From Thermoplasmata archaeon (GTDB taxonomy: Archaea > Thermoplasmatota > JASEFT01 > JBBABA01): 64,000 bases of DNA. The notes beneath the pieces were generated by a model. That model did no database searches, was not told where the DNA came from, and worked only from the letters and a program-made list of their open reading frames with translations. This document shows, in pieces, positions 39,263 through 49,022 of the stretch (position 1 is its first letter; the number at the start of each line of letters is the position of its first letter). The position numbers and the translations under genes were made by a program. The DNA lies in assembly GCA_041657955.1 (NCBI GenBank), contig JBBABA010000001.1:106419-170418 (forward strand), given 5' to 3'.

Positions 39263-40146
39263 TACCTCTCTTTCTTATGTTTCAACCTTCTTGTGTTATT
39301 ATACCACTCTTCTATTTTACGTAAATTTTCTTTTTCGATAGGATATATGTTCTCTTTTTGAGGGAACTTCCTTTTTCTGACTTCATCGGCATATCTTCCA
39401 ACAGCATCTGTAATATTTTCTCCAATGTCAGCATATCTTTTAATAAATTTTGGAACAAACCACTCAAACATTCCTAGAATGTCATGAATTATAACAAGTG
39501 TACCATCTACTTGATCTCCTGCTCCAATTCCATATACGGGAACAGATAAAGCTTTAGCTATTAACCCAGCAGATTCGGCAGGCATTGCTTCAAGTAACAA
39601 GAATGAAATTCCCGCTTCCTGCAGAGCTAAAGCATCTTCTAGAATCATTTTGAAACTATCCAGTGTTTTCCCCTGCACTCTATAGCCGCCAAAAGAAGCT
39701 GTACTTTGTGGGGTCAACCCTAAATGGCCCATCACAATAATACCCGAATCCACCATTGCTTTAACTCTTGGGGCCATTCCTTTTCCACCTTCAATTTTCA
39801 CAGCGTCACACCCCACTTTTATGAATTTTCCGGCATTGACCACAGCATCCCTATCTGAAGGCTGGTAAGACATATAGGGCATATCTCCGATAACAAAAGA
39901 GAATTCAACTGCTCTACATACGGCTGAGGCCATTGTTATCATTTCATCCATGGTAACCGGATTTGTTGTTTTATAACCGAGAGTTGTCATTCCGCCCGAA
40001 TCTCCCACGAGAATCATGTCAACCCCAGCTCTATCGGCGTACAAGGCAAATGGGTAATCATACGAAGTTATGAATACCGCTTTTTCCCCTTCTTTTTTCA
40101 TTTTTTGCAGATCCAAAAGAGTTTTTTTTCTTCCTTCTTTTTTCAT
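39262..40146 (-). CDS. panB: 3-methyl-2-oxobutanoate hydroxymethyltransferase (ketopantoate hydroxymethyltransferase)
   Basis: Strong match to PanB across its length: ITSYDY, ADRAGVDMILVGDSGGM, TTNPVTMDEM, DMPYMSY, KIEGG, HLGLTPQS, GIGAG. Confidence 0.85.
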   Translation of the reverse strand: MKKEGRKKTLLDLQKMKKEGEKAVFITSYDYPFALYADRAGVDMILVGDSGGMTTLGYKTTNPVTMDEMITMASAVCRAVEFSFVIGDMPYMSYQPSDRDAVVNAGKFIKVGCDAVKIEGGKGMAPRVKAMVDSGIIVMGHLGLTPQSTASFGGYRVQGKTLDSFKMILEDALALQEAGISFLLLEAMPAESAGLIAKALSVPVYGIGAGDQVDGTLVIIHDILGMFEWFVPKFIKRYADIGENITDAVGRYADEVRKRKFPQKENIYPIEKENLRKIEEWYNNTRRLKHKKER

Positions 40147-40362
40147 GTTTCTTCCCCCCCATGTCCTTCTCATCTGTCACTATCTTTTGTTTGTAACAAT
40201 TTCACACTCAATACTTCCGCTACCTCGATATTCATGCTGCTTCTCACCAAACTTGCAAGGATATTTGTCCAGTTCTATATTAACTTAATTATATTGCCCC
40301 TTATTTCCTGAATGACATAATATACTTTTTCATTGAAATTAACCTCATCTGGTTTTATAATT

Positions 40363-40530
40363 TGTTTACTGTGCGCTTTTGTCACATACTGGGCAGACAT
40401 AATCTATCCCCACCTTTACCAATGCGTCTAACAACGGGGTGACTGTTCCCCCAGGGAAGAGAAATACTCTCTTCACACCAATTGATTTTAAAGTTTTAGC
40501 AATATTTTCAGCACCTAACATTTTCATCAT
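40363..40530 (-). pseudogene. N-terminal fragment (54 codons) of a second ThDP-dependent enzyme gene
   Basis: MMKMLGAENIAKTLKSIGVKRVFLFPGGTVTPLLDAL matches the ThDP-enzyme N-terminal module (G.E.L...GV..VFG.PGG..L...DAL), then stops. Below the 60-aa ORF cutoff. Confidence 0.5.
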
Positions 40531-41701
40531 CCACGAATATTCCTGTATCGAAACTTATTATCTTATCATATATTTTTATCTGAGTGATGTGTGGAAAATT
40601 AACCTTAAGATAATCTGAAATCTCTTCCTGACTATCATACGATGAAATAAACACAGGTATATTTTTATTTTTTAGAATCTCTGGACTCTGTACTTCATAT
40701 CCCTCGAACAACATTCCGTGTTTTTTTGGATTGAAGTCGACAATACAATCAATTTTAACATTATTGAGTAATCCAGATTGAAGAAGTTGAGTTGTATGCA
40801 TACCTGCACCATATATAATTATTTTCTTTATGTTGGGATTTATTTTGGATTTAAGATGTTGTATAAACTTCGTTCTTCGATGCTTATACTCCTTCATTAT
40901 ATTTTTATTTATTTCATACTCATTTTTTAAAGTACACTTTTCGACTTTTTCATTTTTCAGTAATATTCTTATAATCGGTATCTCTTGTAATTTCTCAACT
41001 GCTACAACATGTAAACCCAAAATGCTGGCAATATTTCTGAGGGACCCCTCGGTATAATGCATGATATGTTGATTCGAAAAAAAATCAGCGATATTGTTAA
41101 CGAAAGGTCTACTTGTATCTGGAACTTCTATATAAATATATTTATTTGGATTTGTAATTTTAATAGTTGATTTTAAAAAATCAAGTGGATTTTGAATATG
41201 CTCCAGAACGTGTATTATTGTAATTATATCAAATTTTTCGCTAAATGAATTTAAAAAATTTTCATTAAAAAACCCTTTGATTATTCTAATTCCATATTTG
41301 TTCATAGCTTCTTGAACTCCTTCTTCTGAAGGTTCAATACCAAAAACAACGTACCCTCTGCTCCTTGCAATATTTAGGAATCTCCCATCAAAAGCTCCGA
41401 TATCAAATATCGATTTGCAATTTTTTGGGGTATTGTTGTATATGAACTCTAGTTGTGACCTTCTGAAAAAGTCGGATCTCTCACCATACCTCATATCTGA
41501 TTTATAAAAATGTTCTAAGGTTTTATCTGTTGGTCGAGGATTGGTAAAAATCATCCCACAAGTCGTACAGATTGCCTGTTGTGCTGTCCAAATAAATAAT
41601 TTATTTTTACCCCATACTCTATACTCTTTTTTATAAACCACTTCGTAATCCTTGGAACTACATATAGGACAATTTATCTCTCTCGTTTCTATTTCCTCCA
41701 T
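40508..41701 (-). CDS. SAM-dependent methyltransferase with N-terminal zinc ribbon (sugar C-/O-methyltransferase-like architecture)
   Basis: CPICSS...CTTCG zinc ribbon, then class-I MTase motif FDIGAFDGRF, and a C-terminal extension as in NDP-hexose C-methyltransferases. Confidence 0.7.
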   Translation of the reverse strand: MEEIETREINCPICSSKDYEVVYKKEYRVWGKNKLFIWTAQQAICTTCGMIFTNPRPTDKTLEHFYKSDMRYGERSDFFRRSQLEFIYNNTPKNCKSIFDIGAFDGRFLNIARSRGYVVFGIEPSEEGVQEAMNKYGIRIIKGFFNENFLNSFSEKFDIITIIHVLEHIQNPLDFLKSTIKITNPNKYIYIEVPDTSRPFVNNIADFFSNQHIMHYTEGSLRNIASILGLHVVAVEKLQEIPIIRILLKNEKVEKCTLKNEYEINKNIMKEYKHRRTKFIQHLKSKINPNIKKIIIYGAGMHTTQLLQSGLLNNVKIDCIVDFNPKKHGMLFEGYEVQSPEILKNKNIPVFISSYDSQEEISDYLKVNFPHITQIKIYDKIISFDTGIFVDDENVRC

Positions 41702-41703
41702 TT

Positions 41704-42705
41704 TTACCTACCACCTACAACTATCTGACTCACTCGTTTTGCACCTTTTCCATCAATCAATTCCACTCCATTAGATGAAATTTTCTTTATAAAATCGTTG
41801 CGGTTGGCTATCCCTTCAAACCTTCTTTTAAATGTAGTAAAATCAAGATTTTTATAGTATCCTAATGATACCAGCAGTCCTTTTTGTTCCAACTCGTTAG
41901 CGTATTTAATGTCGTCGTCAATATAACGATTTATTACGACTGGTGGAATACCTAGATACAAAAATTCGAAAACACTCACACCAAAGCCACAGATTACAAA
42001 TTTCCAAGGACCGAGGGTATCGACAATTTTCCAATTAAACTCATGTGCCTCAATGTGGTTACATTCGGAGCAGATATCTCTAATTTCAGATTTAAATTTA
42101 TAATTCTTGCCCATAAGAACTGTAAAATCGAACTTTGGTAACCGTGCCAAATAGTCGATAAAATGTCCCAACATATCGTTTGGGTCACTTCCTCCAAAAG
42201 TAACAACGACTCTGTTTGAATTTACATCGAAAAGAGGTTTCCCCCCCTTTTTGATAATGTTTGGATTCAACAACACATATTCCGGGCCATGAAGCACCGT
42301 GACATGGCGTGGGATTCTCTTAAGCTCGGGCGGCTCATACAAATACGGGAAGACGGCAATATCTGCCTTCTCTACTATCTTGGACGCGTTATCTATAATT
42401 ACCAATTTTGATCCAGTACCTTTTATTCCATCTACCAACTGTTTAGGTATTTCCTTCAAATCCAGAACAACTACATCCGGCGCTTTATCTTTTATTTCAG
42501 ATAGTACATTGTCAACAGGATGTGAGTTAATGATATTTAATCGAATCCATTTCTTTTGAAGTTCTAGCGGGGTATCTGTATAAAAGTATATAGCCGAATC
42601 TGGTTCCAAACAATGAACCTCTTCCGCTATTGACAAACAACGAGAAAAATGACCGAATCCTATCTGTTCGTTGGATAAAAAATAAAAAATGAACGTTCTA
42701 GACAA
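41704..42705 (-). CDS. pseG: PseG-like UDP-sugar hydrolase (MurG-like GT28 fold)
   Basis: N-terminal QIGFGHFSRCLSIAEE matches the PseG G.GH..R motif. About 330 aa, two-domain layout. Confidence 0.6.
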   Translation of the reverse strand: MSRTFIFYFLSNEQIGFGHFSRCLSIAEEVHCLEPDSAIYFYTDTPLELQKKWIRLNIINSHPVDNVLSEIKDKAPDVVVLDLKEIPKQLVDGIKGTGSKLVIIDNASKIVEKADIAVFPYLYEPPELKRIPRHVTVLHGPEYVLLNPNIIKKGGKPLFDVNSNRVVVTFGGSDPNDMLGHFIDYLARLPKFDFTVLMGKNYKFKSEIRDICSECNHIEAHEFNWKIVDTLGPWKFVICGFGVSVFEFLYLGIPPVVINRYIDDDIKYANELEQKGLLVSLGYYKNLDFTTFKRRFEGIANRNDFIKKISSNGVELIDGKGAKRVSQIVVGGR

Positions 42706-42761
42706 CTAGCACCCTCCTTTATGCATATCTCTTTTTCTAGACAAACGATGTCCCCAATATA

Positions 42762-43691
42762 TCAAGGTTTACCCCATAAACTAGGATTAATTATCTTCTC
42801 AGGAGCGCTCCCCAGATTATTTATTTCTTGGATTGTTTCTTTTGCAAGTTTTCCTTTTTTTAATATTCTCAGATTTTCGATTAATTGCTCCGTTTTTTCC
42901 ACACCTATCAAAACGCTATCCAACTCATTGATACTAAGATTATATCTTAATGCTAGCTCTCCTATCGTTATATTATTCTCTTCACATATTGTCAATATCC
43001 TCTGGCGATATAGCCAAAATTCTTTTAGTTTATCTGGAATGTTGTCTTTAAAAAACAATCCTTGTAAAAACACGCTTCTTGCAAGCACAGTAATTCCTTT
43101 TCTTTTTGCTTTTTTAAGAAAACCATTTTCAAGCAGCCTTTTGTCTATGAGGTTGAAAGGCACTTGTATTACTTCAACACCTTCGATATTCAACGCCTTT
43201 TCCGCTTCATCTGGTGCGTATGTTGAAACACCAATCTTTTCTATAATTCCTTCTAATTTTAATCTCTCCAACTCCCTTAGGATAAGGCCATTCTCTTTTA
43301 TGGCATCTTCAAATCTGTGAAACAGATATATGGACAATGTTTTAATCCCAAGGTTTTCTAGAGTTTTTTTGACATTTTTTTTGACGCTATCGACAATAGT
43401 TTCTTTGTTTTTGTCCCAGTTAGTGGGAGGAACCTTTGATATGAATACTAATTTCCCACTGTCAAATTCTTTAAGACACGCCCCCAATATTTTTTCGCTG
43501 TCTCCATATTCGGGCGCGGTATCAAACGTATTTATTCCATTTTCAACTGCGTTTTTGATTATGGACGCGCTCTCTCCAAAACTGGGTTTGCCAGTAATAT
43601 TATTTATACCATAATTCATTCCTAGTTGCGCGGCGCCGAGACACAATCTAGAAATTTGAACGCCTGTTTTTCCTAATTTAGAGTATTCCAT
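42762..43691 (-). CDS. Aldo/keto reductase
   Basis: MEYSKLGKTGVQISRLCLGAAQLG...FDTAPEYG, typical AKR N-terminus. Confidence 0.85.
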   Translation of the reverse strand: MEYSKLGKTGVQISRLCLGAAQLGMNYGINNITGKPSFGESASIIKNAVENGINTFDTAPEYGDSEKILGACLKEFDSGKLVFISKVPPTNWDKNKETIVDSVKKNVKKTLENLGIKTLSIYLFHRFEDAIKENGLILRELERLKLEGIIEKIGVSTYAPDEAEKALNIEGVEVIQVPFNLIDKRLLENGFLKKAKRKGITVLARSVFLQGLFFKDNIPDKLKEFWLYRQRILTICEENNITIGELALRYNLSINELDSVLIGVEKTEQLIENLRILKKGKLAKETIQEINNLGSAPEKIINPSLWGKP

Positions 43692-43713
43692 AATCCTTTG
43701 CTCACAATCATAA

Positions 43714-45027
43714 TCAGTCTTTTGTTAGGCGATAAAATCCCCTTCGCGCTATTGGTCCTTTAAGCATCTTCTCTACATAGTTCTTCTCGATAGCCTCAGC
43801 AATCCCAAAGAATACCTCTTTTGTCTCTTTTAAATATTTTTTGATGTGGACATCTTTATGTGCATAAGAAGATTTGAACTGGTTCCAAGCCAGAAAGCCT
43901 CTTTTCAACATCTCCTGGGTGAATAGTGTGGATATTGCTAAATCATTTTCATACTTGAAAGAAAAATGGCTTAACGGTGGAATCCCCTCGATACCTATTT
44001 TCAAACCAGTTTCATCAGCAATCTCTTTCCAACCCTTTTGAATTTTTTCGCCAACATCTATAAGGTGCTCTGCTACTTTTTCTTGTTTAAACTTCTTGAT
44101 TGTTGCCAATGCTGCAACGGGTCCTATCCGCTCTGACCAGTTTGTACTGCTGATAAATGTAGACTGTGCCGCTTCCATTATCTCTTCCTTGCCTATTACC
44201 GCAGCCATGGGATATCCATTCGCCATAGCCTTTGCGAAAACCGCCATATCTGGATTGACCCCTAATCGCAAATGAATTCCACCCGTGTTCATTCTAAAGC
44301 AAGAAGTGATTTCATCGAAGATCAAAACCGCACCCGTAGATGAAGCGATTTTTCTAATAGACTCTAAAAAGCCGCTCTTCGGGGTAGCTTCTCTTAAAGG
44401 CTCCATTATTATTGCCGCTAGTTCTTTCTCATTTTCGGAAACTATTCTTTCAAGCTCTTCTATTTTATTATAATGAAATGGTAGTGCAGTACCCTTTAAA
44501 CTGCGAGGTACGCCTGCAGGCTCTAATCCTGGCATAAGCTGACCATCTAAGGCATTGTTCTCTCCTAGGTTTGCAGCCAGATACCAGTCACACCAACCAT
44601 GATATCCACAAAAGGCAACCTTATCCCTCCCAGTTGCAGCCCTAGCTATCCTTATTGCCATGGATGCCGACTCACCACCAGATCGTGCGTAGCGTACCAT
44701 TTCCGCCCATGGGTGAAGTTTACACAACAGTTCAGCCAGTTCTACTTCCTCTGGGCAATTTAGCGTCGAAGCAATTCCATTATCAATAGCTTTCTTAACG
44801 GCATTGTCTACATCTCGGTCCGCATACCCGAGAATACACGCACCTATACCCATTATGCTCATGTCTATGTACTCGTTTCCATCTAAGTCTACAACATTTA
44901 CTCCCTTTGCTTTTTTATAGTATGCTGGCCATAATTCCGGTAAAAACATTTCAGAACGCTTTGAAAGCAGTTGAGTGCCACCGGGAATAAGCCTGCGCGC
45001 CTTCCTATAAAGTTTCTGACCCTTCAT
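43714..45027 (-). CDS. Class-III (glutamate-1-semialdehyde aminomutase-like) PLP aminotransferase
   Basis: IPGGTQLLSKR, DLDGNEYID and FDEITSCFRMN motifs. Start overlaps the upstream stop (ATGA); GGAGGAG RBS. Confidence 0.85.
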   Translation of the reverse strand: MKGQKLYRKARRLIPGGTQLLSKRSEMFLPELWPAYYKKAKGVNVVDLDGNEYIDMSIMGIGACILGYADRDVDNAVKKAIDNGIASTLNCPEEVELAELLCKLHPWAEMVRYARSGGESASMAIRIARAATGRDKVAFCGYHGWCDWYLAANLGENNALDGQLMPGLEPAGVPRSLKGTALPFHYNKIEELERIVSENEKELAAIIMEPLREATPKSGFLESIRKIASSTGAVLIFDEITSCFRMNTGGIHLRLGVNPDMAVFAKAMANGYPMAAVIGKEEIMEAAQSTFISSTNWSERIGPVAALATIKKFKQEKVAEHLIDVGEKIQKGWKEIADETGLKIGIEGIPPLSHFSFKYENDLAISTLFTQEMLKRGFLAWNQFKSSYAHKDVHIKKYLKETKEVFFGIAEAIEKNYVEKMLKGPIARRGFYRLTKD

Positions 45028-45809
45028 GACTTCTCCTCCCAAAATTTCTCATAGCCCTCTTCACCTATAAAATGAACGTTCTTCTTCAGTAATTTTGGAT
45101 TTTTTTTGAAGAAATTAAGCACATCTTTCATATCGAAATCTGGTTTTTTGGGATACAATTCAGCGTATATCGTACTTACAACCTCAAAATCTTCCTGGTT
45201 ATCTACTGTCCATCTCATTTTCGAATAGTCAACATCGCTCTTGTAAGAACTAACTTTGAATCTTTCAGGCCTCTTCCAGATAAACGGGGTCACGTGTTCT
45301 CTTTCCAGTTGTTCTTTTGCCTCTCTCCATGCGGTTTCAAGCACGGAAAAGCTGAAGACCTCTGCGTCAAGGCCATCCGGATAGCGGCAACCGTCAAATT
45401 TTTTATCAGCGACTCCTGCGCCCGTGGCAACACCGATAAAGTCATAATTTTTCGATCTTAAAAATAAGGTCAGAACCTTGTCTATTAATGTGGGATCGAC
45501 CAGAGGGCAGTCTGCTGTAATTCTAATCACAACATCCGCCTTATGCTCTTTTGCCGCTTTGTAGAACCTATCCAAAACATCGTTCTCGCTACCAGAAAAG
45601 CAACTAATCTTGTTTTCTTCGCATATTTTTCGTATAGAATCATTAATCCTCTCTTCAGAGGTGGCCACAACCACTTCGTTAATTTTCTTTACTTTCCTCA
45701 ATCTTTCTACTATATGCACCAGCATGGGCTTGCCGAGAATGGGTTTTAAAACCTTGCCTGGCAGACGGGTGGAGCTCATTCTTGCCTGTATGATTGCAAC
45801 AACCTTCAT
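45024..45809 (-). CDS. pseF: Cytidylyltransferase, acylneuraminate/pseudaminate cytidylyltransferase family (PseF/SpsF-like)
   Basis: MKVVAIIQARMSSTRLPGKVL signature of the CTP_transf_3 family. Confidence 0.75.
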   Translation of the reverse strand: MKVVAIIQARMSSTRLPGKVLKPILGKPMLVHIVERLRKVKKINEVVVATSEERINDSIRKICEENKISCFSGSENDVLDRFYKAAKEHKADVVIRITADCPLVDPTLIDKVLTLFLRSKNYDFIGVATGAGVADKKFDGCRYPDGLDAEVFSFSVLETAWREAKEQLEREHVTPFIWKRPERFKVSSYKSDVDYSKMRWTVDNQEDFEVVSTIYAELYPKKPDFDMKDVLNFFKKNPKLLKKNVHFIGEEGYEKFWEEKS

Positions 45810-46825
45810 TTCGAGACCTTCTTGTATGTAATGAACTCTCCTTTTTTAATTTCAGACGTCGTCTTTTTTCCGATCAGATTATAAACCTCTTTCGGTGGCA
45901 ACGAACCTTCCGGCGATGGCCTTACAACCATCAACATATCCTTGGTTATGGTTGTTCCTTTTGGGATTTCGCATTTGGCATATATCGCCCTTCTCCATGC
46001 TCTTTCGGTAAGTTCATGCTCAGATGGTCGAACTTCCTTAGCCCTCTTCATTTTTTCTACATCCCTTATCCCTGTTATCATTTGTTTTAACTCGTTTGGA
46101 TTTAGCGCGTAGGAATGATCAGGTCCAGGAAGCGATTTGTCTATGGTAAAATGTTTCTCTATTACGTTTGCGCCCATTGCAACCGCGGCTATCGACGCAT
46201 AAATCGTTGATGTATGATCTGAAAAACCCACTGGGACTCCAAAAACCCGTTTTAAAGCCAGCAACGAATTCAGATTAACATCATCCGTTTTAGCCGGGTA
46301 TTGGGAAACACAGTAAAGGAGAACGATTTGTTTGTTCCCTGTTGCGTACACACACTTAACAGTCTCTCTAATTTCATCCTCGTAAGCCATACCCGTCGAA
46401 ATTATGACGGGTTTATTTTTCTTTGCGATATGCTCAACAAGGGGGAGGTGTGATAGTTCATAGGATGCAATCTTATATGCAGTTACTCCTAAGGACTCTA
46501 ATAAATCAGCACTTTCTTCATCAAAAGCCGTAGAGAGGAAGATTAAACCTTTTTTATTTGCATATTCAAAAAGTTCTTTGTGCCACTCCTTACGAAGTGC
46601 CATCTTATTCAGTTTGTCAACAATCTCCTTATTCCTCACTTCATTAAACAATCTCTCGGCTATCCACGTTTGAAATTTTATGGCGTCTGCACCAGATTCA
46701 GCTGCGATATCGATTAGTTTCTTTGCTTGTTCCAATTTACCATCATGATTTGAGCCAACTTCAGCAATGACGAACGTCGGATTTCCTTCGCCGATCAGTT
46801 TATTGCCGATCCTTATATCCTTTAT
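45806..46825 (-). CDS. pseI: NeuB-family nonulosonic acid synthase (PseI/NeuB-like); conserved N-terminus lacks a canonical start codon
   Basis: GNPTFVIAEVGSNHDG...GADAIKFQT...SDHT motifs. The first in-frame ATG (46735) truncates the conserved N-terminus. The upstream 90 nt are in frame, with no ATG/GTG/TTG. Confidence 0.65.
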   Translation of the reverse strand: MKDIRIGNKLIGEGNPTFVIAEVGSNHDGKLEQAKKLIDIAAESGADAIKFQTWIAERLFNEVRNKEIVDKLNKMALRKEWHKELFEYANKKGLIFLSTAFDEESADLLESLGVTAYKIASYELSHLPLVEHIAKKNKPVIISTGMAYEDEIRETVKCVYATGNKQIVLLYCVSQYPAKTDDVNLNSLLALKRVFGVPVGFSDHTSTIYASIAAVAMGANVIEKHFTIDKSLPGPDHSYALNPNELKQMITGIRDVEKMKRAKEVRPSEHELTERAWRRAIYAKCEIPKGTTITKDMLMVVRPSPEGSLPPKEVYNLIGKKTTSEIKKGEFITYKKVSK

Positions 46826-46837
46826 ACAAACCCCTCC

Positions 46838-48052
46838 TTATCCGATTATGTTAGTTACTGCCCGTATAACACTTTCCACGTCGTTATCCGCCATCTTTGG
46901 ATAAAGTGGTAAACTCAAAGCTTGTTGATAAAATGTCATGGTATTCGGAAAGTCGCTATCAACATACCCAAAACGGCTTCGATAATATGGTTGTAGATGT
47001 ACTGGAATATAATGTACCTGTGAGCCAACCCCCCGTTCTTTTAATTCGCTCATTACTTGAGCGCGGCTCTTTCCAATATTTCTAAAATCTATCCTGATTA
47101 CATACAGGTGGTAAGATGATTTTGCACCATCTTTCTCAATGGGTACGATTACATTCTTCAGTTTTTTAAAGGCCGCATTATATCGGCTTACAATCCAACG
47201 GCGGCGCTCGACAAATAGATCTAACTTCTTCAGTTGGGTTATTCCAAGAGCACATTGAAAATCAGTCATGCGATAATTATAGCCTAGCTCCTGCATTTCA
47301 TAATACCAAGGATTAACCTCAACCTTTTTGGTTTTTGGATTGAGGGAAAAGGCCAGATCTTTGTTTATGAATCTGTTGGAATCTTTAGTAATTCCATGCG
47401 TCCTAAAGAGGAGTAGTTTTTGATAAAACTTCTCATTATTGGTCAGAACCATTCCGCCTTCACCAGTAGTTATGTGTTTAACGGGATGGAAACTAAGTAC
47501 TGTCATATCTGCAATGCTTCCTATCTTCCTCTCTTTGTATTCTGCACCCAAAGCATGGGCAGCATCTTCAATTACACATAAATTATTCTTCTTAGCAATT
47601 CTCATTATTTCGTCCAATTCACACGGATGGCCAGCAAAATCAACAGGTATTATCGCCTTCGTTTTTGTGGTTATATTTCTTTTAATTTCGGCGGTATCTA
47701 TAGTGTATGTACCTAATTCTATATCTGCAAAGACAGGTTTGCCGCCTACGTAGAGGACACTGTTTGACGATGCTACGAACGTCAGGGGTGAAGTTATTAC
47801 CTCGTCGCCTTCCGATATGCCTGCAGCAAAACAGGCAGTGTGCAGCGCAGCAGTGCCGCTAGAAACCGCTACAGCGTATTTTGCACCAACATAGTTCGCT
47901 ACCAAACCCTCGAACTCACTTACTTTCGGGCCCTGGGTTATAAAATCACTTTTTAAGGTCCGTAACACCTCATTAATATCATCATCACTAATCCATTGTT
48001 GCCCGTAGGGTAGTGTTTTTTTAACAGTCGTATGGTTTGTCGATTTTTTCAT
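46838..48052 (-). CDS. pseC: DegT/DnrJ/EryC1/StrS-family PLP aminotransferase (PseC-like)
   Basis: FITQGPKV, AVSSGTAALH and PVDFAGHPCELDEI (active-site Lys region). The TAA stop is immediately followed by GGAGGGG. Confidence 0.8.
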   Translation of the reverse strand: MKKSTNHTTVKKTLPYGQQWISDDDINEVLRTLKSDFITQGPKVSEFEGLVANYVGAKYAVAVSSGTAALHTACFAAGISEGDEVITSPLTFVASSNSVLYVGGKPVFADIELGTYTIDTAEIKRNITTKTKAIIPVDFAGHPCELDEIMRIAKKNNLCVIEDAAHALGAEYKERKIGSIADMTVLSFHPVKHITTGEGGMVLTNNEKFYQKLLLFRTHGITKDSNRFINKDLAFSLNPKTKKVEVNPWYYEMQELGYNYRMTDFQCALGITQLKKLDLFVERRRWIVSRYNAAFKKLKNVIVPIEKDGAKSSYHLYVIRIDFRNIGKSRAQVMSELKERGVGSQVHYIPVHLQPYYRSRFGYVDSDFPNTMTFYQQALSLPLYPKMADNDVESVIRAVTNIIG

Positions 48053-48074
48053 AAGTATCACCAATTTCACAATT

Positions 48075-49022
48075 CTATGTCAAGTTGGGATTGTTCCTTA
48101 TCCATGTTTCTGTTAGTTTAGTACCTTCCTCTAAAGACGTTTTCGGCACCCAGCTCAACAGCTCTTTTGCTTTGGAGCAGTTGCATAATAATTTTTGAAT
48201 CTCGCTTTGGGGGTGTATGTGTTTGACGTGCTTAATCCTCGATTTATCATTTACTATCAACATCGCCAGATCGTTAATAGAAATATCCTTTCCCATACCC
48301 GCGTTTATTATTTCGCCATTTACTTTATCACTATAACCAGCACCTACCACAAACCTTGCACAGTCCTCAACATACATCAAATCTCTTGTTTGTGTTCCGT
48401 CGCCATATATATTCAATGTTTGATTGTTTAAATTTCTTTTAATAAATATTGCTACCACACCGCCTTCTCCAGTAGTTTTTTGAAACGGCCCATATACATT
48501 AAACGGCCTTAGGACAACTACTGGCAACTTATATGCAAACCAGTACGATCGCACCACATTCTCTCCCGCAATCTTTGAACCTGCATATGGCGATGCGGGT
48601 TTTGTTGGGTGATTTTCATCTATCCCAGACTCATCCTTTGACCGATCATAAACCATACATGTGCTCATGAATACCATTTTTGTATCATACGTTCTGCAAT
48701 GTTCCAATACATTAAAAGTGCCTATAACGTCATTGTTAAATGTTGTTTGTGGATCGTCAATGCTATCTTGTACGTTTATCTTGGCGGCTAGATGATAACA
48801 GATGTCCAATTCGTTTTTGAATAGCTTTTTTATCGTTTTTTTATCATTTATGTTTCCTTTTGTTAAACCTTTAAAATTTGGTATTTTGTCAAAATCGGAA
48901 ACATTGCTAATCCTACCATTCGACAGGTCGTCCAATGCCCATACGTAATGCCCCTCATCTAATAGGTATTTAACTACCCATCTCCCTATAAACCCAGCAC
49001 TACCGGTTACCAGTATATTCAT
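48075..49022 (-). CDS. NAD-dependent epimerase/dehydratase
   Basis: ILVTGSAGFIGRW and YAGSK motifs. Confidence 0.85.
   Translation of the reverse strand: MNILVTGSAGFIGRWVVKYLLDEGHYVWALDDLSNGRISNVSDFDKIPNFKGLTKGNINDKKTIKKLFKNELDICYHLAAKINVQDSIDDPQTTFNNDVIGTFNVLEHCRTYDTKMVFMSTCMVYDRSKDESGIDENHPTKPASPYAGSKIAGENVVRSYWFAYKLPVVVLRPFNVYGPFQKTTGEGGVVAIFIKRNLNNQTLNIYGDGTQTRDLMYVEDCARFVVGAGYSDKVNGEIINAGMGKDISINDLAMLIVNDKSRIKHVKHIHPQSEIQKLLCNCSKAKELLSWVPKTSLEEGTKLTETWIRNNPNLT

Noticed and set aside
42721-43320. 199-aa forward ORF
   Set aside because: Antisense shadow of the aldo-keto reductase gene (42762-43691); Ser/Leu/Phe-rich with no motifs. The same reasoning applies to 32488-33075, 5311-5874, 49242-49754, 35787-36176 and 37135-37578.
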